Assembly (NCBI GenBank): GCA_040285825.1
Contig: JAUPSS010000008.1
Span: forward strand, 372,001-436,000
Origin: Eukaryota sp. TZLM1-RC
Taxonomy: Eukaryota; Protista; Metamonada: BaSk clade
DNA length: 64,000 nucleotides
Reading direction: 5' to 3'
Both the position numbers and the translations under genes were made by a program. The stretch's first letter is position 1; each line of letters starts with the position of its first letter. Under the pieces are notes generated by a model. It was given only the letters and a program-made list of their open reading frames with translations, searched no databases and was not told the origin of the DNA. This document shows, one piece after another, positions 1 through 11,264 of this stretch.

Positions 1-1790
1 ATCAGTAATTATAGTGGTCCCTTCAAGACTTTCAAGCATTAAATCACCTCTATTACGACCAAAAGAATTCAAAATATTTTCATCAATCAATCGAGAGAGT
101 AAAGGTTCTAAATATGGAACAATTTTGTGTGACTTTGACAAACAATATAGTTGACCTCTAAATGCATCATGGAATTTTGATCAAAAAGTAATAAAGTGTT
201 ACAATTGTGTAAACAAAGGGTAATATTTATTGAATTTGCACACTTAATTAAATTAACTCATAACTAATGGGACGACTATCATTGAAACAAGATTTCCTCT
301 ACAAAATCTTGATCTGCTTGCTGTCTAGCTAAAGCTTCTCTTATTCGATTGAAAAACCGAGGTAATCTATTAATAATGGCAAATTGAATCCGTGAACGCC
401 ATAAAAAAACATCAAAACTTTTCATTGTTTTTTCTTGCACCATTTTTTGGAAGTAATTTTAAAAAAGTTTCTGCTTCAACTGATAATCTTCCATTTATCG
501 AAAATGGGAAAGCAATAAAAACCAGCTGTGTATTTCTATCGACATTTGCCTCTTCAATATCATTATCATATTTTCTATGTTTCTCTTTTGCTTTGAAATC
601 CAGAGCAGCCACCGGATTAAGTTTTATTCTGTGAACCAAAGTATCATTTGCAACATTACATGAGACAAAGTCAACAATAGCTTCAGAATTATCAATCCAA
701 TCACAGTATACATCACCTCTATCATCAGAACCAAAATTATTCAGAGAAAGTGTTTCCTTCAGCAGGGGCTCTTTGATCCACGATATTCTTGCAGTTTGTG
801 CCATATTGAAAACAGTGTCTCTAACACCATCATGTAATGAAGAACGATAAGTTATCAATTTAGAGCAATTCAGAGCATGGCGCAAAGTGAGTTGAGGTGA
901 ATTCGAACAAATACATTTTTCCTTTGATAATAATTGTTTAATGGGGATATTCAAATATAATCTCATTTTTGTTACAAATGCTTCATTAGTGGCACACAAT
1001 CCAAATCTTCGTGGTACAATGGTTACAGAAAGTGAAGAATCTGATGATTTGCTTTCACAAACACCCTTTTCCAATAACAATGAGTGAAGATCTTGATTTA
1101 AAACAGCCGAGCTGCATATATTATTATAAAGATCTTTTTCATACATTCCAGTCAATCGTTTCTGTAATGTTCGATGAGTGTACTTCAAATTTAAAACATT
1201 CTTTTCTGGAATATTGCCATTGAATGTTTGGGGAAAGCATCGACTCCATTTTTCTACATCAATGTTGGAAATTTCTTCATTTAATGCAAAAACAGTGGAA
1301 CTTTGCGTTGCCATCAATAAATCTTCGCAATCTGCAAATCTTTCGGAAAACTCAAAGATTGCATTTCTGCATCCACCAATTAAAGCAAACGAGGTAAGAG
1401 TAGAAGCCTTCGTCCACCCTAAACCGCCATAATGTGGTCTAAGGTAAGCATGGTCTGGAATTTGGAACATTTTGCATCCCAGTAATTGTGACAGAACTTT
1501 TGCACGTAATTCATTAAACTTCTGAGCCAAAGGCCTAGTGACAAGAGGATTTGTAGATCGAAATATATGATTGAAATTGGAACTAAAACACAGTCTTATA
1601 ATGGTAAATTTGATGTGTTTTTGTATATCTAAATTCATTATTCGGTCAATTTTGTCGGAAATTGAGTCCAACAAAGGGTCAAAACAATGATTTGGAAAAA
1701 TTTTTGATCCACATTTACAAATCAAATCAAGTGAGGCGTTATCGGGCCAAATGAAACATCAAAGGCGCATTGTACAAAAAATTGTGGTAT
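1..1790 (-). mobile_element. Degenerate CRE-like RLE non-LTR retrotransposon (family B-like), split by a family A insertion at 222-1669
   Basis: Minus-strand 1680-1770 reads ..CFIWPDNASLDLICKCGSK.. and 1-211 reads ..HDAFRGQLYCLSKSHKIVPYLEPLL..RGDLML.., matching the CCHC/RLE region of the 1956-2900 ORF. Confidence 0.75.
222..1669 (-). mobile_element. 5'-truncated CRE-clade non-LTR retrotransposon, family A (RT thumb, CCHC, RLE)
   Basis: ORF 412-1725 carries CICSNSPQLTLRHALNC, RGDVY..VDF..KEKHRKY; 10-bp TSD aacaaagggt at 212-221 and 1670-1679; family A 3' UTR ending AATAAAT. Confidence 0.9.
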
Positions 1791-1955
1791 CATCTAGAAG
1801 AAGACCATAAATTTGAGGAATTTGAGAAATTAAACAAGAAGAAGAACTGATTTAGCCATCTAACAGAAATTTTCCGAAAACGGGATTATTTTTTGGGCCG
1901 AGCCAAGACGAACATTAAAATCCAAGGTTTCAAAAATTATTGCTAATTTTTTTAT

Positions 1956-4900
1956 TCATTTAACAAGGAATATGAAAACATAAAATACACAACTAAAACT
2001 CCACATCCTCAACCCTGCATCCCCTACATCAAAACAATTAATTGCTAAAGATTCAGAAAATTTCCCAAAAGAAGAGAGTGAATCAGAAATCAGTTTTACC
2101 ATTCCCTTAAAAATAGAAAACACAATCCTGTTTTGCCAGTAAACACGATTGAAAATTCTTCCAGTTCTTTCCTTTACAACTACAACATAATCCTCCAGGA
2201 AAGCCATAGCAGCCTTACATAGAGATCCAAGCAAAGAAAAAACAAAGGGACAAAAATTATATTGGGCATGAGAATTTTCATTAACAGAGGAAATGGGTTT
2301 CGCATATTTAGCAATTTTGTATTTTTCGCCAGCAAAAAGAGAATTATTTACATCTGAGGTAATGAAATGTTCGTTAGAAGAATTACAAGGGTCAATGTAC
2401 ATGGCGTCTAAAATAGTAAAACTACCATTTAAGCCGGGAACAACCAGATCACCTCTTGTCAGACCCATAGAAGCTCTGTTGTTGCGCGTAACATCAATAT
2501 TGGGGTCATCAAGGATTAATTTTGTTAACAAAGGCTCTAAAAAGGAATCTACTCGATATGATTTACACATTACATAAATTTGCTCCCTGACATTATTATG
2601 TACTTTATTTCTAAATGTAATTAAATGTTTACAGTTCAAAAGATGAGTAAACAAAAGAGGTTTACCACATTTACAAGTTAAATGATTGGGCAAATTGTTT
2701 GGCCATAGAAAACAACGAAAACGCATGTTTAAAAGTTTATTGTTTTTTAACAAAAGTCTACGAACAGAGGGAACTTGAGTTACTAAAGCAGCAGCAGAAC
2801 TATCACGAATGTCCCTAAAAAAATTACCGAAAGCGGGATTTTCAGTTTTGGCCAAGCCAAGTCTTATTTCATAATTCAAGCTTTCATATAATTTAACCAA
2901 ATGGTGCTGAAGCTTTTTCAGGCAAAAACGTAAATTTGGGAGTGATCGGTTGGGAATTTCGTGAACATTCTGAGGACAACACTGAAATCAGATATCACTG
3001 GGCAAATGATCTAATCAAATTGAAGTTGATTTAAATAACAATCTGATTCACCATGGATCAGATGAACATCATAAGGGAACCTTTGGAAAAATTCAAAAAT
3101 AAAATTAATTCCACCGAAAAAAGCAGCTTTACATAAAATCGAATATTTAGTGAAACCAATTCCACCTAATTACGCAGAACAAAATACATGACTTCGAATT
3201 AAAGATTTATTTACTTCCAGTAAGGAAGAAGATAAATCAAGATATACTGAAGGGAGAGTTGACCTTGAAATATGAATGAATTTTCCAGAATAACAAATTT
3301 TTAAAATAAAAAATTTGATGTGTTTTTCAATATCACATTCAGCAATAAAACTAAGATCCTTGCCAAAATTCTCCAAAATATTGTTCAACTGGGAATAATT
3401 GTCATCCAAATTACCTAGCCAACATCCAAGGAACTTGAACGTTTGTTGGTCATAATTAATAAAGGGAATCTGAGCACCATCAATAAAGATTGTTTTGTTC
3501 TTCCAATCAAGAGACATTTAGTTGGATTCAAGGCTAATCCAATGTCTTTGTATTTCGCAGCAATGCCTTCCGAAACCCTATAAATGCTCTCAAAAGAACC
3601 AATAATAGAAATGTCATCCATATAAGCAACAATATGCAATTTAGGGAATTCTTTCTGGGCCATTTCAATAGTAATATGGATAGCCAAACAAAAAAGCAAT
3701 GAACCAAGAAAATCACATAGTTTCACACCAGAAGAAGATTCAAGGGTAAAGGTGTCGAAAATTAAGTCCGACTTTTTTCAACAAAATCAATAGAAATATG
3801 CTGAAAGTTCTACAAATTCTTGAAGAAGGACATCATAAATACAGTTACGCTTTACTGAATTCAAAACATTTTTAAAATCCAAATTGAAAATATATTGATG
3901 TTGATGACTATTGAAAAAACATCTGTAGTCACTGAATCAACAGAAGCACCTTCAATAGTTTTAATACCAAATTGGAAAGGCTTCAAATAGTCCTTTGCTT
4001 TAGTAGAAATTCTGTTAAAAATAAGCGAAGAAAGCAATCTGGTTAAAGACTCTCCAATAGCAATTGGTCTAACTCCATCAGGTTTGTTACTATTTCCAGG
4101 TTTAACTAAAGCAACTAAACGGGCAGCAATCAATTTAGGCGGAGGAACAATAATCAAACACAATAAATTTCAATTATATTAATTTATTGAATTTGCACAC
4201 TTGATTAAATTAAATCATAACTAATGGGACGACTATCATTAAACCAAGATTTCCTCTACAAAATCTTGATTTGCTTGCTGTCTAGCTAAAGCTTCTCTAA
4301 TTCGATTGAAAAACCGCGGTAATCTATTAATAATGGCAAATTGAATCCGTGAACACCATAAAAAAATATCAAATCTTTTCATTGTTTTTTCTTTCACCAT
4401 TTTTTGGAAGTCATCCAAAAAAGTTTCTGCTTCAACTGATAATCTTCCATTTATCGAAAATGGAAAAGCAATAAAAACCAGCTGTGTATTTCTATCGATA
4501 TTTGCATCTTCAATTTCTTTATCATATTTTCTATGTTTTTCTTTTGCTTTAAAATCCAGAGCAGCCACAGGATTAAGTTTTCTTCTGTGAACCAAAGTAT
4601 CGTTTGCAACATTACATGAGACAAAGTCAACAATAGCTTCAGAATTATCAATCCAATCACAGTATACATCACCTCTATCATCAGAACCAAAATTATTCAG
4701 GGACAGTGTTTCCTTCAGCATGGGCTCTTTGATACACGATATCCTTGCAGTTTGTGCCATATTGAAAACAGTGTCTCTAACAGCATCATGTAATGAAGAA
4801 CGATAAGTTATCAATTTAGAGCAATTCAGAGCATGGCGCAAAGTGAGTTGACGTGAATTCGAACAAATACATTTTTCTTTTGATAATAATTGGTTAATGG

Positions 4901-7860
4901 GGATGTTCAAATATAATCTCATTTTTGTTACAAATGCTTCATTAGTAGCACACAATCCAAATCTTCGTGGTACAATGGTTACAAAAAGTGAAGAATCTGA
5001 CACCTTGTTTCCACAAACACCCTTTTCCAATAACAATGAGTGAAGATCTTGATTTAAAACAGCCGAGCTGCAAATATTATTATAAAGATCTTTTTCATAC
5101 ATTCCAGTCAATCTTTTCTGTAATGTTCGAAGAGTGTACTTCAAATTTAAAACATTTTTTTCAGGAATATTGCCATTGAATGATTGGGGAAAACATCGAC
5201 CCCATTTTTCTACATCAATTCTTGAAATTTCTTCATTTAATGCAAAAACAGTGGAACTTTGCGTTGTCATCAATAAATCTTCCCAATCTGCAAATCTTTC
5301 GGAGAACTCAAAGATTGCATTTCTGCATCCACCAACAAAAGCACACGAGGTAAGAATAGAAGCCTTCGTCCACCCTAAACCACCATATTGTGGACTAAGG
5401 TAAGCATGATCTGGAATTTGAAACATTTTACATCCCAGTAATTGAGACAGAACTTTTGCACGTAACTCATTAAACTTTTTGAGCCAAAGGTCTAGTGACG
5501 AGAGGATTTGTAGATCGAAATATATGATTAAAATTGGAACTAAAACACAGTCTTATAATGGTAAATTTGATGTGTTTTTTTATATCTAAATTCATCATTC
5601 GGTCAATTTTGTCAGAAATTGAGTTCAACTTTTCAAACAATTTTTTTGGTAATTTCATCATTATTTCCTAAAAACGAACCCAAATGACGAATAGCATCAA
5701 TTGAATATAATTTGGCTTGAATTTCAATATCATCAATTATTGTGGAAACTGGAGAATTCGATAACAAAACACATTTAAGTAAATTAAGTCGGAGACCAAT
5801 TTTGGTAAATAATTCTTTAAAACATACAGTTGCTTTTTTCACAATATTTAATTCACCAATAAGCACAACATCATCCATATATGCAATCATTTTTAGTGAA
5901 GGAAACATCTCTTGAATTTGCAGTAGAATAGGATGAATGGCCAAACAAAACAAAAGTGGTCCTAACGGATCTCCTTGCTTTACGCCACTTGATGAAATCA
6001 AAATGTTGTTACCAAAATGTAAATTAGAATATGTGCAATATGTTGATTGAAAATATGGTATTAATTCTGGCATATATTGCAATAGAGCACCATGGATACT
6101 GCGACGACTTAGCGAATTGAAAGCATTACTAAAATCCAATGACATGCAAACATTGGATTCATTTTGACGAAATAAGACATCAGTAGCAAAAATCGCTGAA
6201 GAGACTCCATCTGTAGTATTTATACCATATTGAAAGGGTAATAAAAATCTTTTTAGCTTTTTTTCATTGAACCTGCTTAAGCAACACGCAGAAAAAAATA
6301 TTATGTAAGCTCTCAGAGACTGCAATAGGACGAACATCCATTTTTGAATTTTTGACAAGTGCAGTCAAACGAGAACTTCTTAATTCTTCTGGGTACTTGC
6401 GTTGACCAGATAATATTTGGTTGAAAAATTTGGCCAATAAACCAAGACAATCTTCTGAAGAAATAATCGCGGCTTTTACATGATCAATAGTAATACCAGA
6501 AAGTCCGGCAGACTTACCACGAGGTCTCTTTTTGATAACCGAAAAAACTTCTGATGGCATCAATGGATAATTTTCCCAGTATGTGCCGTAAAAATTTTGA
6601 TCCATAACAGGGTCTTCATAAGGATGAAGTATTTTCAGTTTATCTACTGTATTTTCATTGTTCGGTGCTTTGATTCCGGGACTTAAAGCTGACAAAGCCT
6701 TGGACCATTTGTTGTCAAAGCATTTGTCTTCAAAAATTTTACTTAATTTCTCGGATGACTGATTTCTCGGTGCTATATTGGTTAAATCTTCGGAAATATT
6801 AACGAAATTTTGTTCAAAAGGAGGACAAAAAGAACCAAAAAATTCCCAAATAATATTGATAGCATACTTTCCTTTACATAATTGATCCAAAAATCTTTGA
6901 AAAACGAAAGCAAATTCATTGCATTTGGTCGGATGAATTTCTTGAGGTATTCTTATAGGAGGATGGTAGTTATCAATTATGCGGCATTTCAAGCAGCGAT
7001 CAGAAGTTTTTCCTTTTTGCATTTTTTTCTAAAAAGAAATACCACAAGTGTTGCAAGTTTTGTGCTTCAATCGATTGCTAACTGGTTTTTGCAACAACTT
7101 GTGGAGCATTATTTATGGGTTCTACCTTAGACTCTTTCCTTCTAATAAATTTTCTTTTACATTTTGTTTCAGAATTTGCCGCATCATTTTTTTCCAACAT
7201 TGGGGCATGTTCGAGCATTATGTCCCTGTTGTCGACACTTTGAGCATCTGTAGGAGCGTGGCTTTGTTTTTGAACAAACTTTTTTTTCATCGTGATTGTC
7301 TAAAAATTCTTGATCAGAATTTTTTTTGTCCAAAAATGAAGAGAGAAGAGGTTGAGGAGGAGAGGTGGAAAGGACGTCTTGAGCATCTTGTTGACTATCG
7401 TTCTTTCTTTTGACTCCATTAGAATCAGAAACTGATTCATACATCAACAAGAAAGAATAGAAGCAATGATCTCGGTTCAGCCAGGTTTTAAGTTAAACGG
7501 TTATATGTAGAGGAAGAAAAAAAAATAAATTTTGAAAATAAATGGCAAGATCTTCAGAAATTTCTGGAGCATTTTTACAAACAGTTTTTAAAAAATCAAA
7601 GGAATTGCCTGAAGGACCAACAACTTTTCCGTTCGGTAATTTAGCAATGGCAGTCAATATTTCTTGAGCCTGAAAAGGATTTTCGAGCCAATATTGACAA
7701 ATTGAAGGCTTACTGGGGCAAAAATTTTCAGTTGGATGAAGGGCTTTCAATTTTTCAACAGCGTCAAGATTATTATCTGCCAGTTTTCCCGATTGCTAAT
7801 TTTTGTTGCAATTTTTTAACCAGACACCTCAAATTTAGTAGTGTTTTAGGTTGTATTCTC
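1956..7860 (-). mobile_element. Degenerate CRE-clade non-LTR retrotransposon, family B, interrupted by a full-length family A copy
   Basis: Fragments: 7493-7750 (KLPNGKVVGPSG), 3861-4163 (ARLVALVKP..VRPIAIGE), 3415-3726 (LLFCLAIH..AYMDD), 1956-2900 (CKCG..HLLNC..RGDL..KIAKY RLE); reading resumes across the 4171-7523 insertion. Confidence 0.88.
4171..7523 (-). mobile_element. Full-length (~3.35 kb) CRE-clade RLE non-LTR retrotransposon, family A, frameshifted
   Basis: ATG near 7444, N-terminal knuckle CSKCRQQGHNARTC, RT motifs VRPIAV / GVKQGDPLGPLLF / YMDD, C-terminal CCHC and RLE (4239-5426); TSD aataaattt at 4162-4170 and 7524-7532. Confidence 0.93.
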
Positions 7861-7869
7861 TGTAAATTA

Positions 7870-8285
7870 TCGGGAAAGCATTTACTCCAACTTTAAGGAG
7901 GCAAACATTCAAGTGTATTTTCAAGGTCTCTTAAATAATTATTACTTGTATAATTCAATAAATCAATATCATTAGGAAAACTGTTGCAAAATTCAAAAAC
8001 AAAATTTTCCTCAATCAAGGAAAGCAGCTTAACAAAGAATAGACGATTTAGTGAAATTAATACCACCCAAATTAGATGATTAAAATACATGACTTCGAAT
8101 TAGCTCAGAATTGACAATTGAATCAAAATGCAAAAAAAAATTGTTCTTATGTGCTTCAAGGAGTGGCAAAACTAACGTGAAATATTTGGAGAAGTTGTTC
8201 CTAAAATGTAAGTAATTTTACCTGAGTAACAAATTTTTAAGATAAAGAACTTACTATGTTTCTTTATTTCAAATTTTACTCGAAA
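7870..8285 (-). mobile_element. Short degenerate CRE (family B-like) RT-thumb fragment
   Basis: Minus strand ..KKHSKFFILKICYSGKI.. nearly matches EKHIKFFILKICYSGKF in ORF 3170-3517. Confidence 0.7.
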
Positions 8286-8397
8286 TCGAAGAGAAAGAGA
8301 ATGTGGTACAGGAAGGGGAGATGAGTTAAGTGAAATTGGAAACATCACTGTAAACTCGGGCTACGAAACGGTGCCTCATCATCCCATTCAGGAGAAC

Positions 8398-8850
8398 TTA
8401 ATGCATGATGCATCCTGAAAGGAACAGGGACGAGTGCAGCTGCGAAAGGAATTGAGTTGGGAAAAAAGCTGCTTCCCATTTCGCTTTAGACCTAGTTTTA
8501 TTATCACAATTACCCAAGAAGATAATTGGACTTTGTTGATTTTTTGTGTACCACATCTCTTTATAAACTTGTATTTCATTGCAGACTTTAATGTCTAGCT
8601 CTATTTTTTCTTGTTGAGCTGATTCATAGTTCGATGGATCATGCACCCAGGCCCACGTTTGCTTATAAGTCTTATAGAATATAATTCGTAATTTTCTAAA
8701 CATTAATGCCAAGACCTCAAATCTTAGTTGGTTTTCAATGTATTTAGAACGAGCTTCTTGAATAGCATCGAAATTTACAGCAAAATAGAGCACATCTGAT
8801 TTAAATGGATCAATAGCATGGACCTCACTCTTAAAAACTGTTAAGCACAA
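8398..8850 (-). pseudogene. Possible Fanzor1 RuvC-region fragment
   Basis: VHAIDP (RuvC-I-like), FRKLRIIFY..KQ and PIIFLGN in Fanzor1-like order; RuvC E and C-terminal motifs not found. Confidence 0.4.
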
Positions 8851-9185
8851 ATGTCATGTTCACAAAAAATAAAGCTAAAATATATGTTGTTGTAGTAACT
8901 TTAGTTGCTTTAGTATTTTACTATTGTTCTTTTACAATTTTATAATCAAATTGGGCCTATTTTCATCACATATGAATGTTGCTTTCTTGTGTGACTTTCC
9001 TTAGTTTCATTAACAGGAGTCCAACAATACTGTTTATGAATTGTGAAAAAGACCATGTGAGTGAAAGGCTTTTCAAAGAAATGAATGATTATCTATTTAT
9101 TGAACCTTTGCTTACAGAAATTGTCATCAAAAATACGTGTGAGATAAAACTGTTAAAATCTTGATTTGTTTTTCAAATCTTTAAG

Positions 9186-9434
9186 ATGCAATCTCCCGCC
9201 AATCTTTCAGTAGCTCTCAACAAGAGACTTATCCCTGGCTATTGCCAAAGCAGTAATCACTTCCAAACCACTCACAACACAACCTTTACGTATGAACCCT
9301 CAGAATTAGATCCTGTGGACAAAACCCATTTCCGCAAAGCTGATGCAGAAACTGAATATCAAGAGAAGCGTGCCTTTTTGGCCAACATTCAGAAGACCGA
9401 GACTCCCAAGCAGCCCCAACAACCAAAAAAATAG
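9186..9434 (+). CDS. Small hypothetical protein (82 aa)
   Basis: Clean ATG-TAG ORF with host-like codon usage, convergent with the next gene; no family recognised. Confidence 0.55.
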   Translation: MQSPANLSVALNKRLIPGYCQSSNHFQTTHNTTFTYEPSELDPVDKTHFRKADAETEYQEKRAFLANIQKTETPKQPQQPKK

Positions 9435-9443
9435 AATGGGTTT

Positions 9444-10271
9444 TTATTGTACCATATCATCAGAAAGACTGTCTCTCAACACCCATAGTCTCACTTCGTT
9501 TAAAATAAAAGCTATTTCTGCCATTATTATGGACATGTCATCTAGTGTATTGACTTTTTGAGAAATTGTTATGTTTTCTGAATATTTTGAAACATGAATC
9601 TTAAACAAATAAACTGCATCTGCCAATAGAATAACATCTTGATTCAGATAATTTACAACATCAAAAAGTTCTTGAAAATGATAACAATTTAGAGGAAAAA
9701 GTATTTTGCAGACTGAGCGAATCAACGAGCAAAAGGTCGTCAAAACGCTAAGATCTGAACTTGGAAACTCAACCATTTGTCTAATTACAGAAACTGAATA
9801 ACCATCAGAAACAAACATTGCACAATTAAATACGGTGGAGAGGTATTTCCTTTGAAGGCTGAACAAATTCTGGCGATGAAGAGCGGTGCTTTGAGTTTCT
9901 TGTTTTGGTAACGAACTCGGCCTAGTTGCGGTCATCAATGATGACAAACAGTCCTTCTGTCTGCTGAAGATGGATGACATGATACTACAACGTCTTTTTA
10001 AAGCATCTAGCTTGTGCTTAGCAGAAGTTATATTCCGCACAAGCAGCCTGAGCGTTGAAAGATGATTGTGTTTTATAATACAATTATTGAGTTGCCTGAA
10101 ATGATTTGTGGAAATTGATGACAGTGCTTGTGAAAGAGAGGGTTCTAGTTCATCACCTTTGTGTTTGAACGACTTAATCAACTGATCAAAAGGTTTGACA
10201 TAATGGAGTTGCAAACATGGATGACAGATAAACTGTGGTTGGCAGTTACGTCTACATTGAGGACAATTCAT
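9444..10271 (-). CDS. Hypothetical protein with N-terminal CxxC..CxxC and coiled coil (Atg14/UVRAG-like architecture)
   Basis: 275-aa ORF starting MNCPQCRRNCQPQFICHPCLQ, followed by a helical region. Confidence 0.55.
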   Translation of the reverse strand: MNCPQCRRNCQPQFICHPCLQLHYVKPFDQLIKSFKHKGDELEPSLSQALSSISTNHFRQLNNCIIKHNHLSTLRLLVRNITSAKHKLDALKRRCSIMSSIFSRQKDCLSSLMTATRPSSLPKQETQSTALHRQNLFSLQRKYLSTVFNCAMFVSDGYSVSVIRQMVEFPSSDLSVLTTFCSLIRSVCKILFPLNCYHFQELFDVVNYLNQDVILLADAVYLFKIHVSKYSENITISQKVNTLDDMSIIMAEIAFILNEVRLWVLRDSLSDDMVQ

Positions 10272-10327
10272 TTTTATGGATGATGTCTAAAACAATGAAA
10301 TAGGAGTTTGTTTTCTTATGTGACTGC

Positions 10328-10939
10328 CAATGTGACTCCCAACATTCGCAACCCTCCCGAACGTTCGGCTGAACTAGTTTTTGTTCATTTACACGTGTCA
10401 ACACAGTTTTGTTTAAAGATGTTTTCCCAAATCCCTATTTCAACTACTACAATAGATTTCATTGTTTAAAAATCTGTATTCATACATAAATCCCCTTCTT
10501 TACATCAACTTTCTTCAATGCCAAAGCACCCTGTTTACAAACTTCTGGACAACGTTAATTATGATAAAGTGTCCAAAAATATTACTTCATAGTGCCGCTG
10601 CTGCAGTAAAATGCTAAAAGGTTCAGCCCGTCGCTTTTCCTCCCATTTCATTAAGGAGTATAGAGCTGGATATGCCTTATGTACTCAATTATCCACCATT
10701 TCTGTCAAGGATATAAACACTGTCCTAGGTTAATGACCTAGATTTAGATGTTGTAGAACTTTCTGAATAAAAGTTTACTTTGTTGGTTGATAGTGAGTGT
10801 AATAGTATAATGAAGGAGGAGATAAACAGCGTTTTGATATTAATGAATCAACACGAGATGTCGAACTAACTGAATGTATCAGTAGGTGCCGAACGTTCAG
10901 CCGAACGTACGCCGAACTAGTTCAGTAATTCTAACATTG
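10328..10939 (+). mobile_element. Internally deleted hAT DNA transposon (BED zinc-finger remnant)
   Basis: 8-bp TSD gtgactgc/gtgactac (10320-10327, 10940-10947); termini caatgt..acattg; subterminal ccgaac/gttcgg repeats; internal MPKHPVY..CRCCSK..H..C from 10518. Confidence 0.75.
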
Positions 10940-10944
10940 GTGAC

Positions 10945-11260
10945 TACTGTGATTTACAACACAGGTGCTTATTTTCAAATTCGCAACACCCAACCACCCA
11001 GTTAACAACCACTCTTCTTTTCAGTATCTCAAGTTGCAAATCTACAGTAAGAGAGTTGTAGTAACACACTACAATGTAGTTTCTTCGACGAGGACTACAA
11101 AGTCAACATCGAAGGTCCTACCTTTGTGGATACACCGTGACCTTCTCTGTCGTACTCAAATCCGATCATGATAGACCAGGGCTATGCGTATACTAAGGTT
11201 GTCTCTCAATATTATTCATAATTATTTTAAATAAACATCATTGTCTCTTGTTCCTTACTA
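10945..11260 (-). ncRNA. Candidate omegaRNA / 3' end of Fanzor family 2 element
   Basis: Directly downstream of the Fanzor ORF; stems ttgtagt/actacaa, tgtagt/actaca, gaaggtc/gaccttc, ctgtg/cacag; ends ..TCACAGTAG like family 1. Confidence 0.45.
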
Positions 11261-11264
11261 TTTT

